This document shows positions 34,771-49,459 of a DNA stretch of 64,000 bases, piece by piece; positions within the stretch are counted from its first letter, which is position 1, and the number at the start of each line of letters is the position of its first letter. This DNA comes from Marsupella aquatica (Eukaryota > Plantae > Marchantiophyta): assembly GCA_973895155.1 (NCBI GenBank), contig OZ316894.1:20714451-20778450 (forward strand). The letters are read 5' to 3'. Below the pieces are notes generated by a model. That model saw only the letters and a list, made by a program, of their open reading frames with translations, had not been told where the DNA came from and searched no databases. The position numbers were made by a program, and so were the translations under genes.

Positions 34771-37700
34771 TATGTTTACTGTAATTTGTAACTAAATCTC
34801 AGAAGCCTGGGTGCAATATGAACATCCCTTGTTGTCCTAGTTGGGTAGACGGGTGGGTAGATCAAAGCTTGTAACACCATATCACACACTTGGGGATAAC
34901 GATGTGGATGAATCTCAACAATTCAATTAGTGTTGTCTCTAGCTCTTGATTTACTTAGGGCCTCGGTGTCTGTCCCCACTTTTTCAGGAGGTATTATTGG
35001 GACGTGGTTTTGTGGAGAATTTTGAGTCGTGGTAGTGTGAAGATGGCTACCCTTTCATTCTTTTTCAGTTGGACGGGCTATGCATCCTAACCGGGAACGT
35101 TTTCCGACAATAAGCCTTGTAAATCGTTCCATTATCCTGTATCGTTGATGCGTCAGAAATTTTCTGCAAGAGGGGAAAGCCTTTGCAGTGTGCTCAAAAT
35201 TCTGTGATGGTATGAGGCAGAGAAGTTCGTGCTGTGAGTCATTTGGTTCGTACCATCACTCAATGAAGATCTAGAGGTGCGATTCCATATACAGCCAAAA
35301 TTGGCTGCGGCCAGTTCGGAGAACCCATTTCGGATTTTTCTTACATGAACATTTAGATTGACTGAATCTTGAAGGTGGATACATATGTGCTTCGTCCAGA
35401 CACTCTAAGACTCAATTGTGTCCAGTATCCTCAAGAAATGCTTCTGATGACAGCCCGATATGTGGCTGCCCCCAGAGTCAAGGGAGTCCTGGAGGACATT
35501 CGGTTTGCCACCATAACCCGATAAATAACAAACATAAGTTTGTCGCTTGATTGTACACATTGTTACTACTCGGAAACATCCAGGACACCAGAGAGACATA
35601 TAAGATGTACCCACTAGAGAATAATACATTTCAAATTCTCCAATCATGTTCTGGTGCCGTCATCGGTTTGAAGTTGGAGAGTGATCATTTATTGGTATTC
35701 TACAATCACTTTGAGGACAAAACACATGGCTTCAGAAGGGGTTGGACCTCTGAAAACTCGAAACCAGCCATCCAATTGGTTTGTTCAAGATTTGTCCCTC
35801 CCGTTGCTGATTGTTCACAAAAAACCCTGAAAAATCTGTCCACAATCAGCACCGACAAATTTGTTTCTAATTTGTCGCTGTCCGTTTGATACGGCTCAGT
35901 ATCATCAATCAGCACCGAGTAATCTGCAACTGGTTGTATACAAATAGCAAGTATCATACAATCAGTTCGACGAGCATATTCTCGTAGACAGCATCCAAGA
36001 GGGACAACATGTTGAGCTTAAAACTGCTTTCCCCGTTTTGTTCTCGTAAGACGCAACCTCATCTGGTCTCATAATCCAGAAGCCTCTCTTTCCATTTGAG
36101 AAGTAAGTTTCTATCGTGGTAGATTTCCAAGAATCTGCCATTTTACATTTGTGTTCCGTACGGGCTTGCTGGAGTTTCCGAAATGGGATCAACTATATTT
36201 CTGTCGAGCTTCTAAGAAATGAACACACATTATTTCAAATTCAAAATGAAAAGGAGTACTTCCATGCCGACAAGCAACCTTTCTGCTGGTGTACATGTCC
36301 GAAGGGTCCTCGCTGCACTCATGTTTGCCTCGGTAGACGTCCCACTGGTCTTTGTTTCCTCTCGTCCAGAACGGAAGGTCCTCGGCTGAAAAGAAATATC
36401 CGTACAACTCAGATGATGATTCTGAAATGACAGTGGCTACGTACACTGTGGGTTCTGCCAACTCACCACAGCAATATAAAGTAACGATTGTGTGGATTAC
36501 TATAGCTAACACATGGCATTCGTCCACGGTTTTCCAAGGTAGCCAAATTTCAGTGTTACATGCAGCAGGAGTGGGGAATCAAAATGCTTTTATTATCACT
36601 GCGATTCTCTCAAATACTTTTTCGTCAACTGGTTTCTACATGAGGTCATCAATCTTCAAGTTCTGAGAATATTGAATATTGACTGCATAGAAAGATGTGT
36701 ACTGCCGACACGCATTCAGTCATCCTGCAGTGTGGAAACAATGGACAAGTGAATCAAATACCAGACAAACATAACTAAACATCTCCCCTGAGAGCTTCCT
36801 CCATGTTGCACATAGAGATAAATTAAATCTTGTAACCATCTCTGTTCCAACACCTTTGACATTGGCGAGACCGCCATTTCATACCACTACAAGAATAAAT
36901 TAAATTTAAAAACTGCGTAGAAACCCTGAAGAAATGGACATATGCTCGAGTGACAAAGAATGACTTACCAATGCTCTGCTCTTCCTTACAACAGTATCTG
37001 GGTTTTGCAAACCTTTAGTAGAAACTTTACTCAATGATCAAAGGTAATCAAGCGAATCTTTCATCCACACTTCCCAACCCGATTCAAGAGGAATTGCAAG
37101 ATTTTCTATGTAGTCTTCAATGGAGTTCCGCGTTTCTCTTTCAACACACTTATTCTTCGTTTTCCATTCACTGTATACTCCCACTGACTACTCGGCAGCG
37201 TAATCAAAGGATACAGTATCTTACTGAGCAGACGCTACAAGGAAACAATCAATGCTAGTGCTTCGACACATAGACTGCCATCCTTTCAAATATCTCTTGA
37301 ATCACCGAACATGGTTGCTACTGACTCGAATTTGCAATCGGTGCGTCTTTAGATCAAGCAAACCATGTGTTCTACAGAAGACAGAGACTCTGTGTATTAC
37401 AATCATGGTATGATAAATAGTGAGACCATTTCTAGTTTATCTGTAACAAACATTCTAGCAGGTGCGTCCTCGCGAATCTCTACGATTCTCGAGAGCTTCT
37501 CTTAAGGTAGGAGGACAAGCTGTCCCGGGAAACGTCTTGCCGAACAGAGAGAGTCTATCTATGTCATAATCATTCGCATTGGAAGTCTTATATGTAATGG
37601 TCTGGAAATTTCGGGTTTTCCTTCCCTCTTTGTGCTTTATATTCCTTGTCCCTACTGGCAATCACTGCACTTGACAACTGATTCAAGGCCGATTTTTCGT

Positions 37701-38096
37701 CCTTCCTTTTCTTTCAATTCCATATTTCTAATTCGTCCTGACGTTCACTGTACCCAGCACCACAGGCCGATGACATACGCAACAATCAAAATCAACGTGG
37801 AGTAGCTATTCTAAAACACAATATCTTTGATTATTCGTGAACAGGATCGGAGAACGTCATCTTTAGGAGAGGTTGGACGTAATATGCATTCCTTGGTTGA
37901 AAAGACCGGATACTCTTCTTTGTGAAAAGACCAGCATCTCTTTTTATTTTAAAGCAGAATCTCTGGACAGCAAAATTCCAGGTCGTACGACCCAGAACCA
38001 CATCAAGTGCCTGTAGAGATGTCTCAAAAATATTGTGATGTCAATTGCTCTGCGTGTAACTGCAAGAGGACTCACGTCAAAATAACCTGAACTCTT

Positions 38097-38911
38097 CTAC
38101 TTAGCTCGTGGATGACTGGCGATGTACTCAATAGCGGCTGGAACGGTGACAATTTTGTCAGCTTCGGCATCAGGAATTTCGATGGCAAACTCCTCCTCGA
38201 ATGCCATTACAACCTCCACTGTGTCCAGACTATCTAATCCAAGATCATTTTGCAGATGGGCCTCGGGAGTCACCTGCCATCACAGGAATCAAAGCAATGT
38301 GCTAAAAGATTAGAGCCAAGCATCCCAATCCCTTTACAGAGAATCAAGTATAAAATAACGCGAACCCTAAACTCAGACAAAGCCAGACAGTTGGATTTTA
38401 CAAGACTCACGCTGGTTCCTTTGCATTGTACAAACGAAGAACGACTTTTACGCAGAAAAAAGATTTCGTTATACGAGATCATTTCCAACGCGCAATATCT
38501 TTGACTTGCTCTGGTGGAATTAACTCCACGCTTACGATCACTCGATGCCCAGAAAGCTTCTCGAGGAAATGCCTTACAGATTCGACTTTTGCAAGTGCAT
38601 GGATGACAAGCTCCGAATGTGCCCTAAAGGCAAGAATGTCCACCTGGGGCTTCCACGCCATTCCCATGAAAGAGCGAACGTACCTTGGCAGGATCCACTT
38701 TCTGCTGCCTTTTCACGATGGAGAGAATTCGATCTGTAACCTCCTCCTTGGGCAGAAACTCGCTATGAGCCTCGGAGCTGAACCCTCTAGCTCCTAGCGC
38801 TGCTACGGCTGTTCTGAACCGGGAGGACTCTTCTGCTGAAACCCTCAGTCTCAGATGCTGCAAAAGAGAGGACCGGACAGTGGCCAGGGAGGAGCGCAAC
38901 GCACCCTGCAT
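38097..38911 (-). CDS. mtACP: Mitochondrial acyl carrier protein (NDUFAB1-like). Exons 38911-38684 and 38273-38097
   Basis: Arg/Ser-rich presequence and [26 protein letters not shown] with the phosphopantetheine Ser. Phase-0 GT-AG intron. Confidence 0.95.
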
Positions 38912-39121
38912 TGTGACGAAGATCGTGATGCTGATGAGTTACCTCTAGTCCAATTCTGCTCTCCCCCTCTTCCCCCTTTTGCTCTCCTTCCCTGATACCT
39001 GTCCTTAGAGCAGCAAATTTTTACAACGAAAGCCCAGAGCTCCGTTTCCCGATGAGGTAAGACGCAGGCAGGCTGATGGGAAATACTTCAGCTGAGGAGA
39101 TTCACTTGAGAGATGCGGCGA

Positions 39122-39298
39122 TTCGAGCTTCCACGTCAAATCCGTCAACCAGAGTTTGCAGCCAGCGAGAAAAATACAGATTCGAGCTTCCACTTCAAAT
39201 CCGTCAACCAGAGTATGCAGCCAGCGAGAAAAAATACAGATTCGAGCTTCCACTTCAAATCCGTCAACCAGAGTGTGCAGCCAGCGAGAAAAATACAG
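39122..39298. repeat. Three ~59-bp tandem repeats upstream of mtACP
   Basis: TTCGAGCTTCCAC(T/G)TCAAATCCGTCAACCAGAGT.TGCAGCCAGCGAGAAAAATACAG occurs three times. Confidence 0.92.
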
Positions 39299-41379
39299 GG
39301 TAGATTTTATGAAGAGGCACCGATGGATGAGCCGCTCCCGTCTTCGCTGTTGCTCACACAAGACTTGTAGGACGGGCTCTGCGGTAATTCTGTTCTCTCC
39401 CTTTGCTCAGCAATTGGGCGTTGTGTGGGTCTCATGACATCTTTCCAGGCATTGTGGAGGCGACGGCTCCAAGTTTTGTGGAACTCGGATTTCTTTTTGT
39501 TTCTTTTTTCTAAGGTGAAATCTACGAAATCTCACATAAAATGGAAAAGTTAGTCATAATAATAGTTGAACCCAAGATTTATCAAATCTCTACTCAAATG
39601 AGCTACCCCAAAGTCATGCTTCTTTGGGCATACAAAAATTCACCCTTACACAATTACTCCTAGGTTTGCCTCCAGATGGAAGATATTCTGCCATAATGAC
39701 TTTTTTTTTAGGGGCATGTTGTACCCATCCCAAGGTTGATTAGGGCATCTCAAAGCTTCATGGATAGGGAATAGGCTTATGGCCATAAACAAATGGCCAT
39801 TAGAGTGTGCAGAGGGTTATGTGAAAAGTTTGTTTGTTTTTCACTAGCCTCTACAATGACATGGGCAAGGCATATAACCAATCTATGGCAAAAAGTTATA
39901 GATCAAGATTTGGGTGGTTGATAACTTTTTCTGTCCATAATCTGAGAACTACTAACTTAAGGTACATCAATTTTTCAGGTTTGAGGTTTGAGACTCCCTA
40001 TTTGGGTGTTTCAATCATAAACCAATACTGGGTTGAAGTCATAATATCTGCCGCAGGTCATAACCTAACATCAACCATAACTATTGTCTAACAATTTTTT
40101 TGGTGGTCCTTGTAATGCCTTAAAAGAATTTAGTCATGTCAATTAACTGATCCCCACTCCATTGTAAGTTTCATTTTTCACCTATTTCAGGTTCTATTTT
40201 CAAATATAACAATTAATTTTTGTATTTTCTAAGAAACACAGGGTAGCTTTCTAGAAGAAGCAATCCCTTGTTTGACAGCTGTCCCACCAGACCTGTCAAA
40301 TTCTTGGCCGCACAACCCCAACTCGCCATCCCCTAGTCATGGAGTAGGCATTTTTGGCTTTGCTCTGGCCGGAGTGATGGCTAACTAAAGGATTTCTGTA
40401 TCATACTGCCTAATTCAACCTGAAACTCTTTCCAAAACCAGGTACATCCACAGTGATTATTGTGTCTGCAGTCATGATAAGTGAACATCACTATTTCTAG
40501 GTTTGGGGGGTTTGCCACCCACTGCTTTTGAGTTTGATCTTTGTCCACTTTGGAACTCTTTTGGTTTTACTACTTTGTCCTTTGTTTGGCCCTTTGTTTA
40601 AAATGACCGGATCTCTTTTGTATTGACAGTGTCAGTCTTACTGATCAGTAGCGCATATCTTAATTTTTCCCTACAAGAAAGACGTCTCGTTTGGTGTTGA
40701 TTACATTTTAAGTTTAGCATATCTTAGTATTTTAGATTATGTTTTCAAATATAAGAGCATCCTCACCCATTTGCTCCATTCCCGGCCGTTATTGATAGGC
40801 CAACGAGCACTCGTGTGTGGGGCCAGGCAGTAAAATGGGAGGGTATGGTTCCCTACCCATATCACGAAATTGTAGCATAATGCTTAGTAGTGTACTGCAA
40901 CACATTCCAACCTGCCTCCTGCAGGTACTCTAGTTGGATCCAAAGCCCTACATACAGTTTCAGCCGTCTTCACCCCAAAGGTGAACAGTTACTCGAAGGT
41001 ACGAATGGCATAGAGCAAGCTGATATAGCCGGGGCCTTAGCGGACCCTATTGAGTTTCATGAGTACTCCTAGGGGTATTCCCGAGCTGAACCCTCCATAT
41101 CCGGCTTGTATGGGGACCGGTGCGAAGGCTCTAATCAGAATTTTTTGTATTTCTGGAAAACCAGCATAACTTTCTCGAAAAAGCAATCCCTCTCTCCCAT
41201 TGGATAGCGCGTCTCCTAGTCCCCTTCCTTTGATTGCCCGTCCCTAACCCCCGTAGTCCCGTAGTCCCGTACCTTTCCTTGACTACCCGTTGAGTCTACA
41301 GACCAGCCATCCAGTGGACTACGTCTTGACGGGGAGGACGGTCACTGCACCGTACCGTGACGCGGTGGACTTTCACATC

Positions 41380-43775
41380 GCCGCCCTCGCAGGCAGGGGA
41401 CCTCTCGTGTGAAGGTCCCCAATCCCCCAAAGGAGTCCGCGTTGTGCCTTGCAGGGGAAGTCTCGCGTGAAGGTCCCCCGTCCCCCAAAGGAGTCCGCGT
41501 TGTGCCGTTGTGCCTTGCAGGGGAACCCCTCGGGCAGTCCCTGGCAGGTACCCTAGTGTCATCCCGGCCCATGGAGGCGGTGAATATCACGGGGTCTCAA
41601 ATATGGGGCTGTCATGTGTGTTCCCGGGAGGTTACTTTTGCCCGTTAGGTGTCCTGCGGGCAAGTATAACAGGGGAAGGAATCTTTGTCATCGCAATTTT
41701 TTTACGTCCGTAATGTGACACTCCAGGGGGGAGAAAGTGACTACGGGAGTCTGTCCCCAGGTGTTTCCGAAATGCCGTGGTCAGAGTGTGCGGGCTAGCC
41801 TAAAGGTCTCCCGCACATTTTCAGGCCGTGTCCACCCGAACCTAACTCGGGCGACTGCAAAACTCTCCCGGCCCGATATTTGAGTCCCCCTATTACTACC
41901 TCAGCTAATCAGGTACAGTAGTAATTGCATGAGGCTGCCTGATTACAAGTTCTTTGAACCTCAATAGTCAATAGGGGTGACTACATTTAAGTTTGTTACC
42001 ATTCGTCAACTCATCTGCAATTGGTTTTTAGTGATTCCATTATTGAAGCGCTGTGTTGTTTCAGAGATCCGTCTTGCCCCCCATTCTCCATTTAGCACCT
42101 TCACTCATTGACAACCTTCTCTCTTCCCAAATCTTTACAAGAGCAACATATGATCTTCAATCTCTCTGCTGACATCCAACAAAATCATTTGTTTTGGGGG
42201 GATTTTCAATTAAAAGCTATCTGGAAATACCTTTCCAATTAGTTTATTGTCACTAATTTCACAAAGCTGTGAATTTCTAAAGAGACCCCATTACTCTATG
42301 TTTGAACTGCATTTTTGAAAAGTTTTGAACAGCTAACTCTGACATTCAATATCTCACTCTATGAAGATTGTCTCTTTTTCTTCTCAGATTTCACTCATCA
42401 GTGTAAATGCCCTATATGAGCCTCAACGAGGGTTTTGCTGGAGTCAGTCTGGTCTTCCATTACAAAATGTTTGTTGAGGGTCAAAATGTGAAATAATTTT
42501 AAAGTCTTATCATGAATCAAGATGGCACTAGGGCATTCACTGCCAAAGGGCCTCTTTCGCCCTCACAGGCCAGCAAACACTTGTGTAAAGGTCCCCGTCC
42601 TACCAGGCAGGGCCCTGTCCCACACTCTATATCTTGCACAGGGAACGGGAGAGATGGACCTCACTGCCATCCCTTCTAATTATTATTTTGTTAAGGTATA
42701 CACTGCAAGTCAGTGTTTACAAATTGATGCCTACAATTTTATTAAAGTTTGCATGCCAGAAGTTTTTCTAGGTTTGCCAAGAAAACTGATAATGCCATGG
42801 ACCAAGCCTGTGAAATGTGCAACCGCCATGGAACATGACACCTTTAACACCTTCACTCATGCCACCCTTGAGATTCAAATGAATTGCCTTGGACTCATTA
42901 AAAAACATATTTCTAACCAATATAATATTTCTAGTTTTCATGAAGAATTGAGAGATTGTAGATTGCTAAAATTTACTATATCACTCACTATCCACATTTG
43001 TGCTTCTGAAAGACTTTTGAGTATCTATCTTTGACATTGAGTAACTCCCTTAATATTAAGTATACCTTAATATTAAATGTAGTCGGTATAAAAAATGGTT
43101 TGCTCTTGCCAATGAGTCCATTATAGTCAAATTTCATTCACATTTGAGAGATCTACAAATTCCCAAAGATGGCTATCTGGGTGTTCATCCCACATTTCAC
43201 TCTTTGGTGTAGTATGTACTACAAACCCTATGCCCGTGCATTGCATGGCGCAAGGAGGGCCGCCCATAGGGAAGCACATATGTGCTAGAGGTGCTCATTT
43301 TCTCCATCAATGGCCAGAGAAAACAGCCAAACAAATACAACCGCTGTGGATGTTTCTCGCCCAATAACTTTTTTGTATTGAGATGAAGGACAAAAAAAGG
43401 TGGGATACTTTATTATAGTTATAGATGTGAGCAAGAAAAAATAATGAAAAGTCTATCCAAACATTTTGGATTTTTGGAAAACATGGAGGTCTATCCTAGT
43501 TCCAATTTTGTTTCTCAAGGACCCCAACTATTTTGTTACTCCTTACAGAATTGTAATAGTTATTTATTTTTGTGGCGAATCGAGATGACCCTATGGCACC
43601 CACTTCCGAAACACTCGTTCCGCCGTCGCAGGCAGGGAACGGCGGAACGCTCATGTGAAGGTCCCCGTCCCCCCAGGCAGGGCCCGGTCCCCCACGTCGT
43701 GCTTTCCGCGGTGGACAAGAGGGGTACCCCTTTCCGAAAGGTCGGCTCGCATTCGGTCGGTCGGTCACTAATTAG
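41380..43775. mobile_element. Cluster of related GC-rich non-autonomous repeat fragments, possibly Helitron-derived
   Basis: Core GTGAAGGTCCCC(G)TCCCCCA..GCAGGG recurs near 41410, 41468, 42585 and 43655. A Helitron-like 3' hairpin plus GTAG|T lies on the minus strand at 43217-43251. Confidence 0.4.
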
Positions 43776-44972
43776 TAGCTTTTTGGAGGAACATTCTCTC
43801 GTCCCCTCCCTCTCTTTCTTCTTTTTCAATTCCAGGCTCCCTCCCTTCTGGTCGGACAATCCCGGAAGAAAACTCTGGAAGCGTTTCCTCGCACTCTGCT
43901 CTTCAGTTTGACCGTTCCAGCATTCGCGGCGATCAATTTTTTGATTCTCTCTGCTCGCTCCAGTCCCGCCGCTGTGGCGGCTGGCTTTCTTGCTTTCTCG
44001 TCCCTTTCGATTTCAGTCCGAGAGAGCAGAGAGAATCGGAGTCTGCGGCCTCTCGCATCGTCGACGGTTTGGTGTTGGTTTGATGAGCTGAGCTGGGTTG
44101 AGCTGCGTTGAAACGGAGGGATTTCTAGAGGTCAGTAGTATCTTGTGTGTGTGGAATCGAATGGAATGGGATGGAGCTAGGATTACAGTGTGACATGAGA
44201 TTTGTGGGTTGTCGATTTGCTCTCAATTTCGATGGATTGTTTGAATGCATGTTTTTCGAAGCCAAGAGAAGGTGGGGTGGGAAGATCATCTGGACATTGG
44301 AAGGAGGAGAGATGAACAGGCTTATTGAAGCGGTGCTTGACGCTACGATTCTCGAGAGATATTCTTGCTCAACGTCCTGTGGAGATGAGTGGATTTTTGG
44401 GAGAGGGCCGGGTGATTTTTATTTTTGAAAATTTGAAAATTTTATGTAATAAGGACTGTTCGACCCGAAGACATTTAAAATAACCTCAACAAAGAAAATG
44501 TTTCGGGGCCGCAAGGTCACAGTCCTCGAGGTCCTCGAGCCGAAGGTAAATATTGAGCCGTATGATTCTCGCCTCACTGGAAAGCAGGCAGACAACAGAA
44601 AGGAACCTCCTCGCCACTAGACTAGCTCGAAGATGTGAGCATGACATTTTTGAGCTTCACATTTGAGCTAGTCTCGGTTGAGATACATAAACTCTTATGA
44701 GGAGAGACAGGCGGAATCTTTCTGGTAGGAGCTGTTTGGACTGGGATCATGCTGTCGATGGTTATCTTTGAACTGAAACTTGGGACTTGATTTATTTGGC
44801 GGAGGGGTAATGTGTTCGTTGTTAGTTGAGAAACTTCACCACCCTTGCTTCAGGAAACTTGATTGTGGGCGGGGTATCTGATTGTATTTTGATCGGCTGT
44901 TGTCTTTACTGGCTCGTAGAAGAGCAAACTTCGAGAGGAATCACCCGAAGTAGGCGGTGGTTCTGTCGAAAT

Positions 44973-47095
44973 ATGGCTGCAGCGGTCCTTGCAGCGCAGA
45001 GGCCAGCGTTTGAGTGGAGGTTGTGGCCGCCAAGCGACGATACCCGAGCTGTGGTGGCTGATAAGATGGTGCAACACCTTCTTACCTGCACCCCACCCAT
45101 AGAGAACGAGGAGGCAGTCGAGCACGCGAAGAGGATCGAACAAGAAGCCTTCACAGCAGCTTCTCAGAAGCAGAATGGAGACTCTTCTGCGGACACTTCA
45201 ATGGCACAAGTTCGGACGTACGCCCACCATGCTAGCCAGCTACTTCTGGACTTTCTAAGAGCTCACCGAGTGAAAGGTAACCCTTCAATTTTTACTCGCT
45301 TTGCAGCAACAATCTTCGACATCAGTGTAGCACAGACATCTGGGCTTCATGACCCGAGTGAGCTTAAAGTCTCAACGCACTCATGATCATTCGCTCCTTT
45401 ACTATTCTTTCTCCTGACCTAATTTCTGACATCCATCGAAACCCTAAGATTTCAGAATTGCCGTAGTCTGCCTCTTTTCTCGACCTGATGGATACCTTTG
45501 GCATTTGGACCAAAAAGCCTGCGGTATGAGTATCGCCACGAGCCAGGGCTTAAAGTTCTGGAACGACATGGCGAAACACGTACGTTTGATATTTCGCTCC
45601 ATGATTAAAATTAACAAGGACCTTCACCACAAACACACCGTTGGATTTGATCTCAGCCATACGAAGCCTTGAATACTTAATGTTGACTGTTGAATCCGGT
45701 AGATTTTATATATGCAGATTTTCACAATCGGTTGGTTCACCATTTAATTTTGATTTAAAGTCATATGTGGTGAACTGGCACATCAAAAATCTCCGAGTGT
45801 AACAAGACGTCGTGGTTTGTTTTTGGACAGATACTTTCTTCGACATATCTGGTCAGAAAAGGGACTTTCTTACCAGGGAAGGAGCGGAGAAATTGTTCAA
45901 GCCGCTCGGAAAGCCTGGGAATAGAATCCGACGAATTTGTCTCAGCAATTGGAGCATCGGCAAGGATGCTGCAGAACATGCTGGAGAAGTTCTTGCATCT
46001 CTGAAAGGGAAGCTCGAGGATGTGAACTTGGCTGATATTGTTGCTGGAAGGCCTGAGGCTGAAGCTCTGGAGGTGATGAATATCCTATCTGTAGCTCTCG
46101 CTGGGAGTAAGCTGGAATCCCTGAACCTTTCAGACAATGCTCTTGGGGAGAAAGGTGTTCGGGCCTTTTCTGAACTATTGAAATCACAGAAGTCGTTGCA
46201 GAGGTTGTACTTTATGAATAATGGCATTTCAGTAGAGGCAGCTCAGGCCATTTGTGAGCTTCTGACTTCACCTCAAAATCTACGGACGCTGCATTTTCAC
46301 AACAACATGAGTGGAGACGGCGGAGCACAAGCGTTGTCAGCTCTCATCGAGAAAGCTCCTCTGTTGAGAGATTTCCAGTTCTCTTCTACACGAGTTGAAT
46401 CTGACGGCGGATTAGCCCTCGCCAAGGCCCTGAAGGTAGGGACCTCCTTGAAAAGGATCGACCTCCGCGACAACATGTTTGGGCCTGAAGTTGGGGTTGC
46501 ATTGTCCAGCACCTTTCGGCTTCATCCAGATCTCAGTGAAGTCTACCTGAGTGACCTAGGGCTGGACGATAAGGGCGCGATTGCTATAGCGAAGGCACTG
46601 GAAGATGCCGCTCCAAACTTGAAAGTTTTGGAACTTGGTGGTAATGAAATCACGGTCAAGGCTGCTCCGTCAATTGCCAGTTGTATCAAGTCAAAGCTGC
46701 TTCTGAACAGATTGAGCCTGGCAGAGAATGAATTGAAAGATAGAGGGGCAGTGATCATATGCGAAGCCCTTCAAGGGCATACAGGCATAACATATCTTGA
46801 CTTGAGTAGTAATCACATTGAGGATGAAGGCGGAGTTGCTGCTGTGAAAGCACTATTTGGGACTGGCACACGGGAGGCCCCTCTCGAAGTTCGTTTGGAA
46901 GGAAACTTCCTTTCCGAAGATGGTGTCGAGGCTGTGGAAAAGTTAGGGGGCAAAAATTATTCGTTGTTTCTTTCTGATCAGGAAAATGCCGATGATTTTG
47001 ACGAGGAAAACGAGGCTGAAGACGACGACGAAAATGAAAGTGAAAACGTGGAAGAAAGGGACACACTCGAGTCCATCAGAGATCTGAAAGTATGA
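44973..47095 (+). CDS. RanGAP: Plant Ran GTPase-activating protein (WPP + LRR + acidic tail). Exons 44973-45276 and 45831-47095
   Basis: WPP motif (RLWPPSDDTRAVV), FDISG, LRRs (LNLSDNALGEKGVRAF, FHNNMSGDGGA, LSLAENELKD) and a D/E-rich C-terminus. Phase-1 intron joins in frame. Confidence 0.95.
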
Positions 47096-49459
47096 TGTTA
47101 TAAAATTCCCATTATGGGCACAGATTCTTATTTGCATCTGGAAGATATCCGGACTCTCTTTTGCTCTGCCCAATACAGGGCCAGTTAGGTATGATTTTTT
47201 GTCCTCTGAAATTTAGATAGCTAAGAGTCCAGTTTTCGGTTAGTTATAGAATGTTGGTAAATTTAGTCTTCATCAACAGCAGCAGCCTTGATGGATATAG
47301 TGGTTGCCAGTTGACAATATAGTTTGTCAAGCTCTGAAGTAGATTCTACATGGCAAGTGTCATTCAGCGAATGTCTGGCGAAGGTAAGGTCCTAGAGTTG
47401 ATCAAAATGTATCAACTGAGTCTAGGGTGTGTTACGTGGAACACTGGCTCGTAAACCATTTGAGGATGAATGAGTTAGGTTTGTAAGCATATTGTTTGTG
47501 TATAATTCATCGCAGGGTTGTCAGTTGTGTGGACCAGCTTGATATTTTCAAGATTCGCTGTATTGGGTCACGTCGCATATCATTTGATGGTCTGACATCT
47601 GAACATGGAAGTTGGAAGTTGGAAGATTCTTGTTTCCAGCTTGCAAGTGGACCCTGAGATCCTTCTCCAATTCTAACCCAACGCTTCCACCTTGTTGAAT
47701 GGAAGACAAAGAGACTTACCTGCAATTTTCGGAATTCTGGGAGATAAGGTTTGTGAATGAGTGCAGCGACTCGATTGATTGAATATATGATCACTTTACT
47801 CCGTTCCTTGACTGGAATATGTCAATAGACAGAGGTTCATCATTTCCGTCAATTCTCGCTTGCGTAGTACGCCATGAGTTGAGCCAAAGCAAAGGACGCA
47901 ACTTTACCATCCCTTTTGACCATGGTTCCTATGCACGGATGCAAATGCAGGGAGGATTTGGAGAAGTTTGTTGCAATTTTACAGGGGCTCATTCAGTGTA
48001 GACCCACCAAAACAAGGGGACAAAGTGACACCACCCTCTAGAATTACCAAGACCTGTAGTACACTGAATTTTGCAACCGTGACCGCTTTCGTGTATTACT
48101 GCATTTGGAGAGATTGCTGTCATCACTCCTGCACCAGGCTTCGGTGTAGGGAGATAATTATGATGGCCACTGTTTTTCCCTAGGTACTTTCTCGGACAGG
48201 TGCAGTTGCAGCAACCTTGCACTGATATTGACTGCCTGGCTGAACCTTTGCCCTTCGTCGAGGCACTCTACAAATGACTGAGGACCATCCTGTAGTGCCT
48301 TTCGAACTGCTCCGATTATTAGTTCGAAATAGTTGCTCAAATCCAAATGGTTCTTTCATATTAAGACGTACTTTCTTTGTGTCAATCTTTTGGCAGTGCG
48401 AGAGATGGATCCATTTGGGTGCGCCAAAATGTTTATCCTGCTTATCAAGAAGTTTTAGCTTGCGTAAACCGCTCATAAGCATGGCTATCAAAGCCTCGGT
48501 AACCAAAGTGGGAGAATGTCTTTAATAAATTCTTTCTGACATGTCCCTAGAAGTCTGCCAAACTTATGGAGTGCATCCCTGTTGATATATAGTACTATGC
48601 TGCTGTACCTGCTATACTCAAACAACCATGGGTCAAGTCCATCAGCTAAGTAGTCAATTGTATTCGTGTGGGTATCAATTTTGAAAACAATAGTTTGTGC
48701 AGTACTCTGCAGGTTTTAAGGTTTCTAACTTATTGCTAGCGGGGGAGTGTACCCCCTTGTTGTAACCCTTGTACCTTCTGGAACTGGAAACCACAGCCCC
48801 AGAGACCACAAATTTTAGCCAACTTTCATTTGCCAGAGTTCCTTGTCGCTCTTGTCGGTTGCTGGTTTCATTGTGACTTGATTCTGAGTAAATTAGGGTT
48901 ACCTAAAACAGGCCAAGAGATTATTCTTTTCTAAGAGAGATCATATAGGGGCTTCGAAAGCAAACTACTGACGATCATCTCTAATGCAGAATTCAAAAGA
49001 GCACTCTCCTTGAAAACTTTGAACACTAAAATCATGTCTTTTATTGCAAACTAAATTTTTACACATTTGATATATAGTTTATTTTGTATTCAATTTTGAG
49101 AAGGAATGAACGGTGGAACGTCATCAATTGTAGTAGCAAACGCTTTTCAGGTAAGAAACATCTGAAGTTTCAAGATCAATGGCTTAGAGAGCTTCAAGAT
49201 GATGGGCTTGAATGTGGGCAATCTCCAAGCGATGTATGACCTTATCTAGAGTGAAGTAGAGAATTGCAAGAAAATTAAGTAAACAGAGTAGTACTTGCAT
49301 GTATTACCAAGAATTATCTTAGTGATTGAAGTCAATATTTAGTACAAATTTTGAGGAGACATGAACTTGAGATGAAGAGAGAGGGAAGCTGGGGGAAGAA
49401 GACTATACCAACCACATAAGACGAAGAAAAACGGTAACAAGATATGCAGACACATTGAT

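Noticed and set aside
34731-34774. Helitron 3' end for the large element
   Set aside because: The hairpin is AT-rich and built from the terminal motif, the end is not CTRR, no Rep/helicase is present and a DDD transposase is encoded.
35405-36666. Possible gene from clustered short ORFs
   Set aside because: No recognisable motif or consistent splice path on either strand.
47780-48600. Degraded ORF fragments downstream of RanGAP
   Set aside because: Many stops and no diagnostic motif, so no call can be supported.
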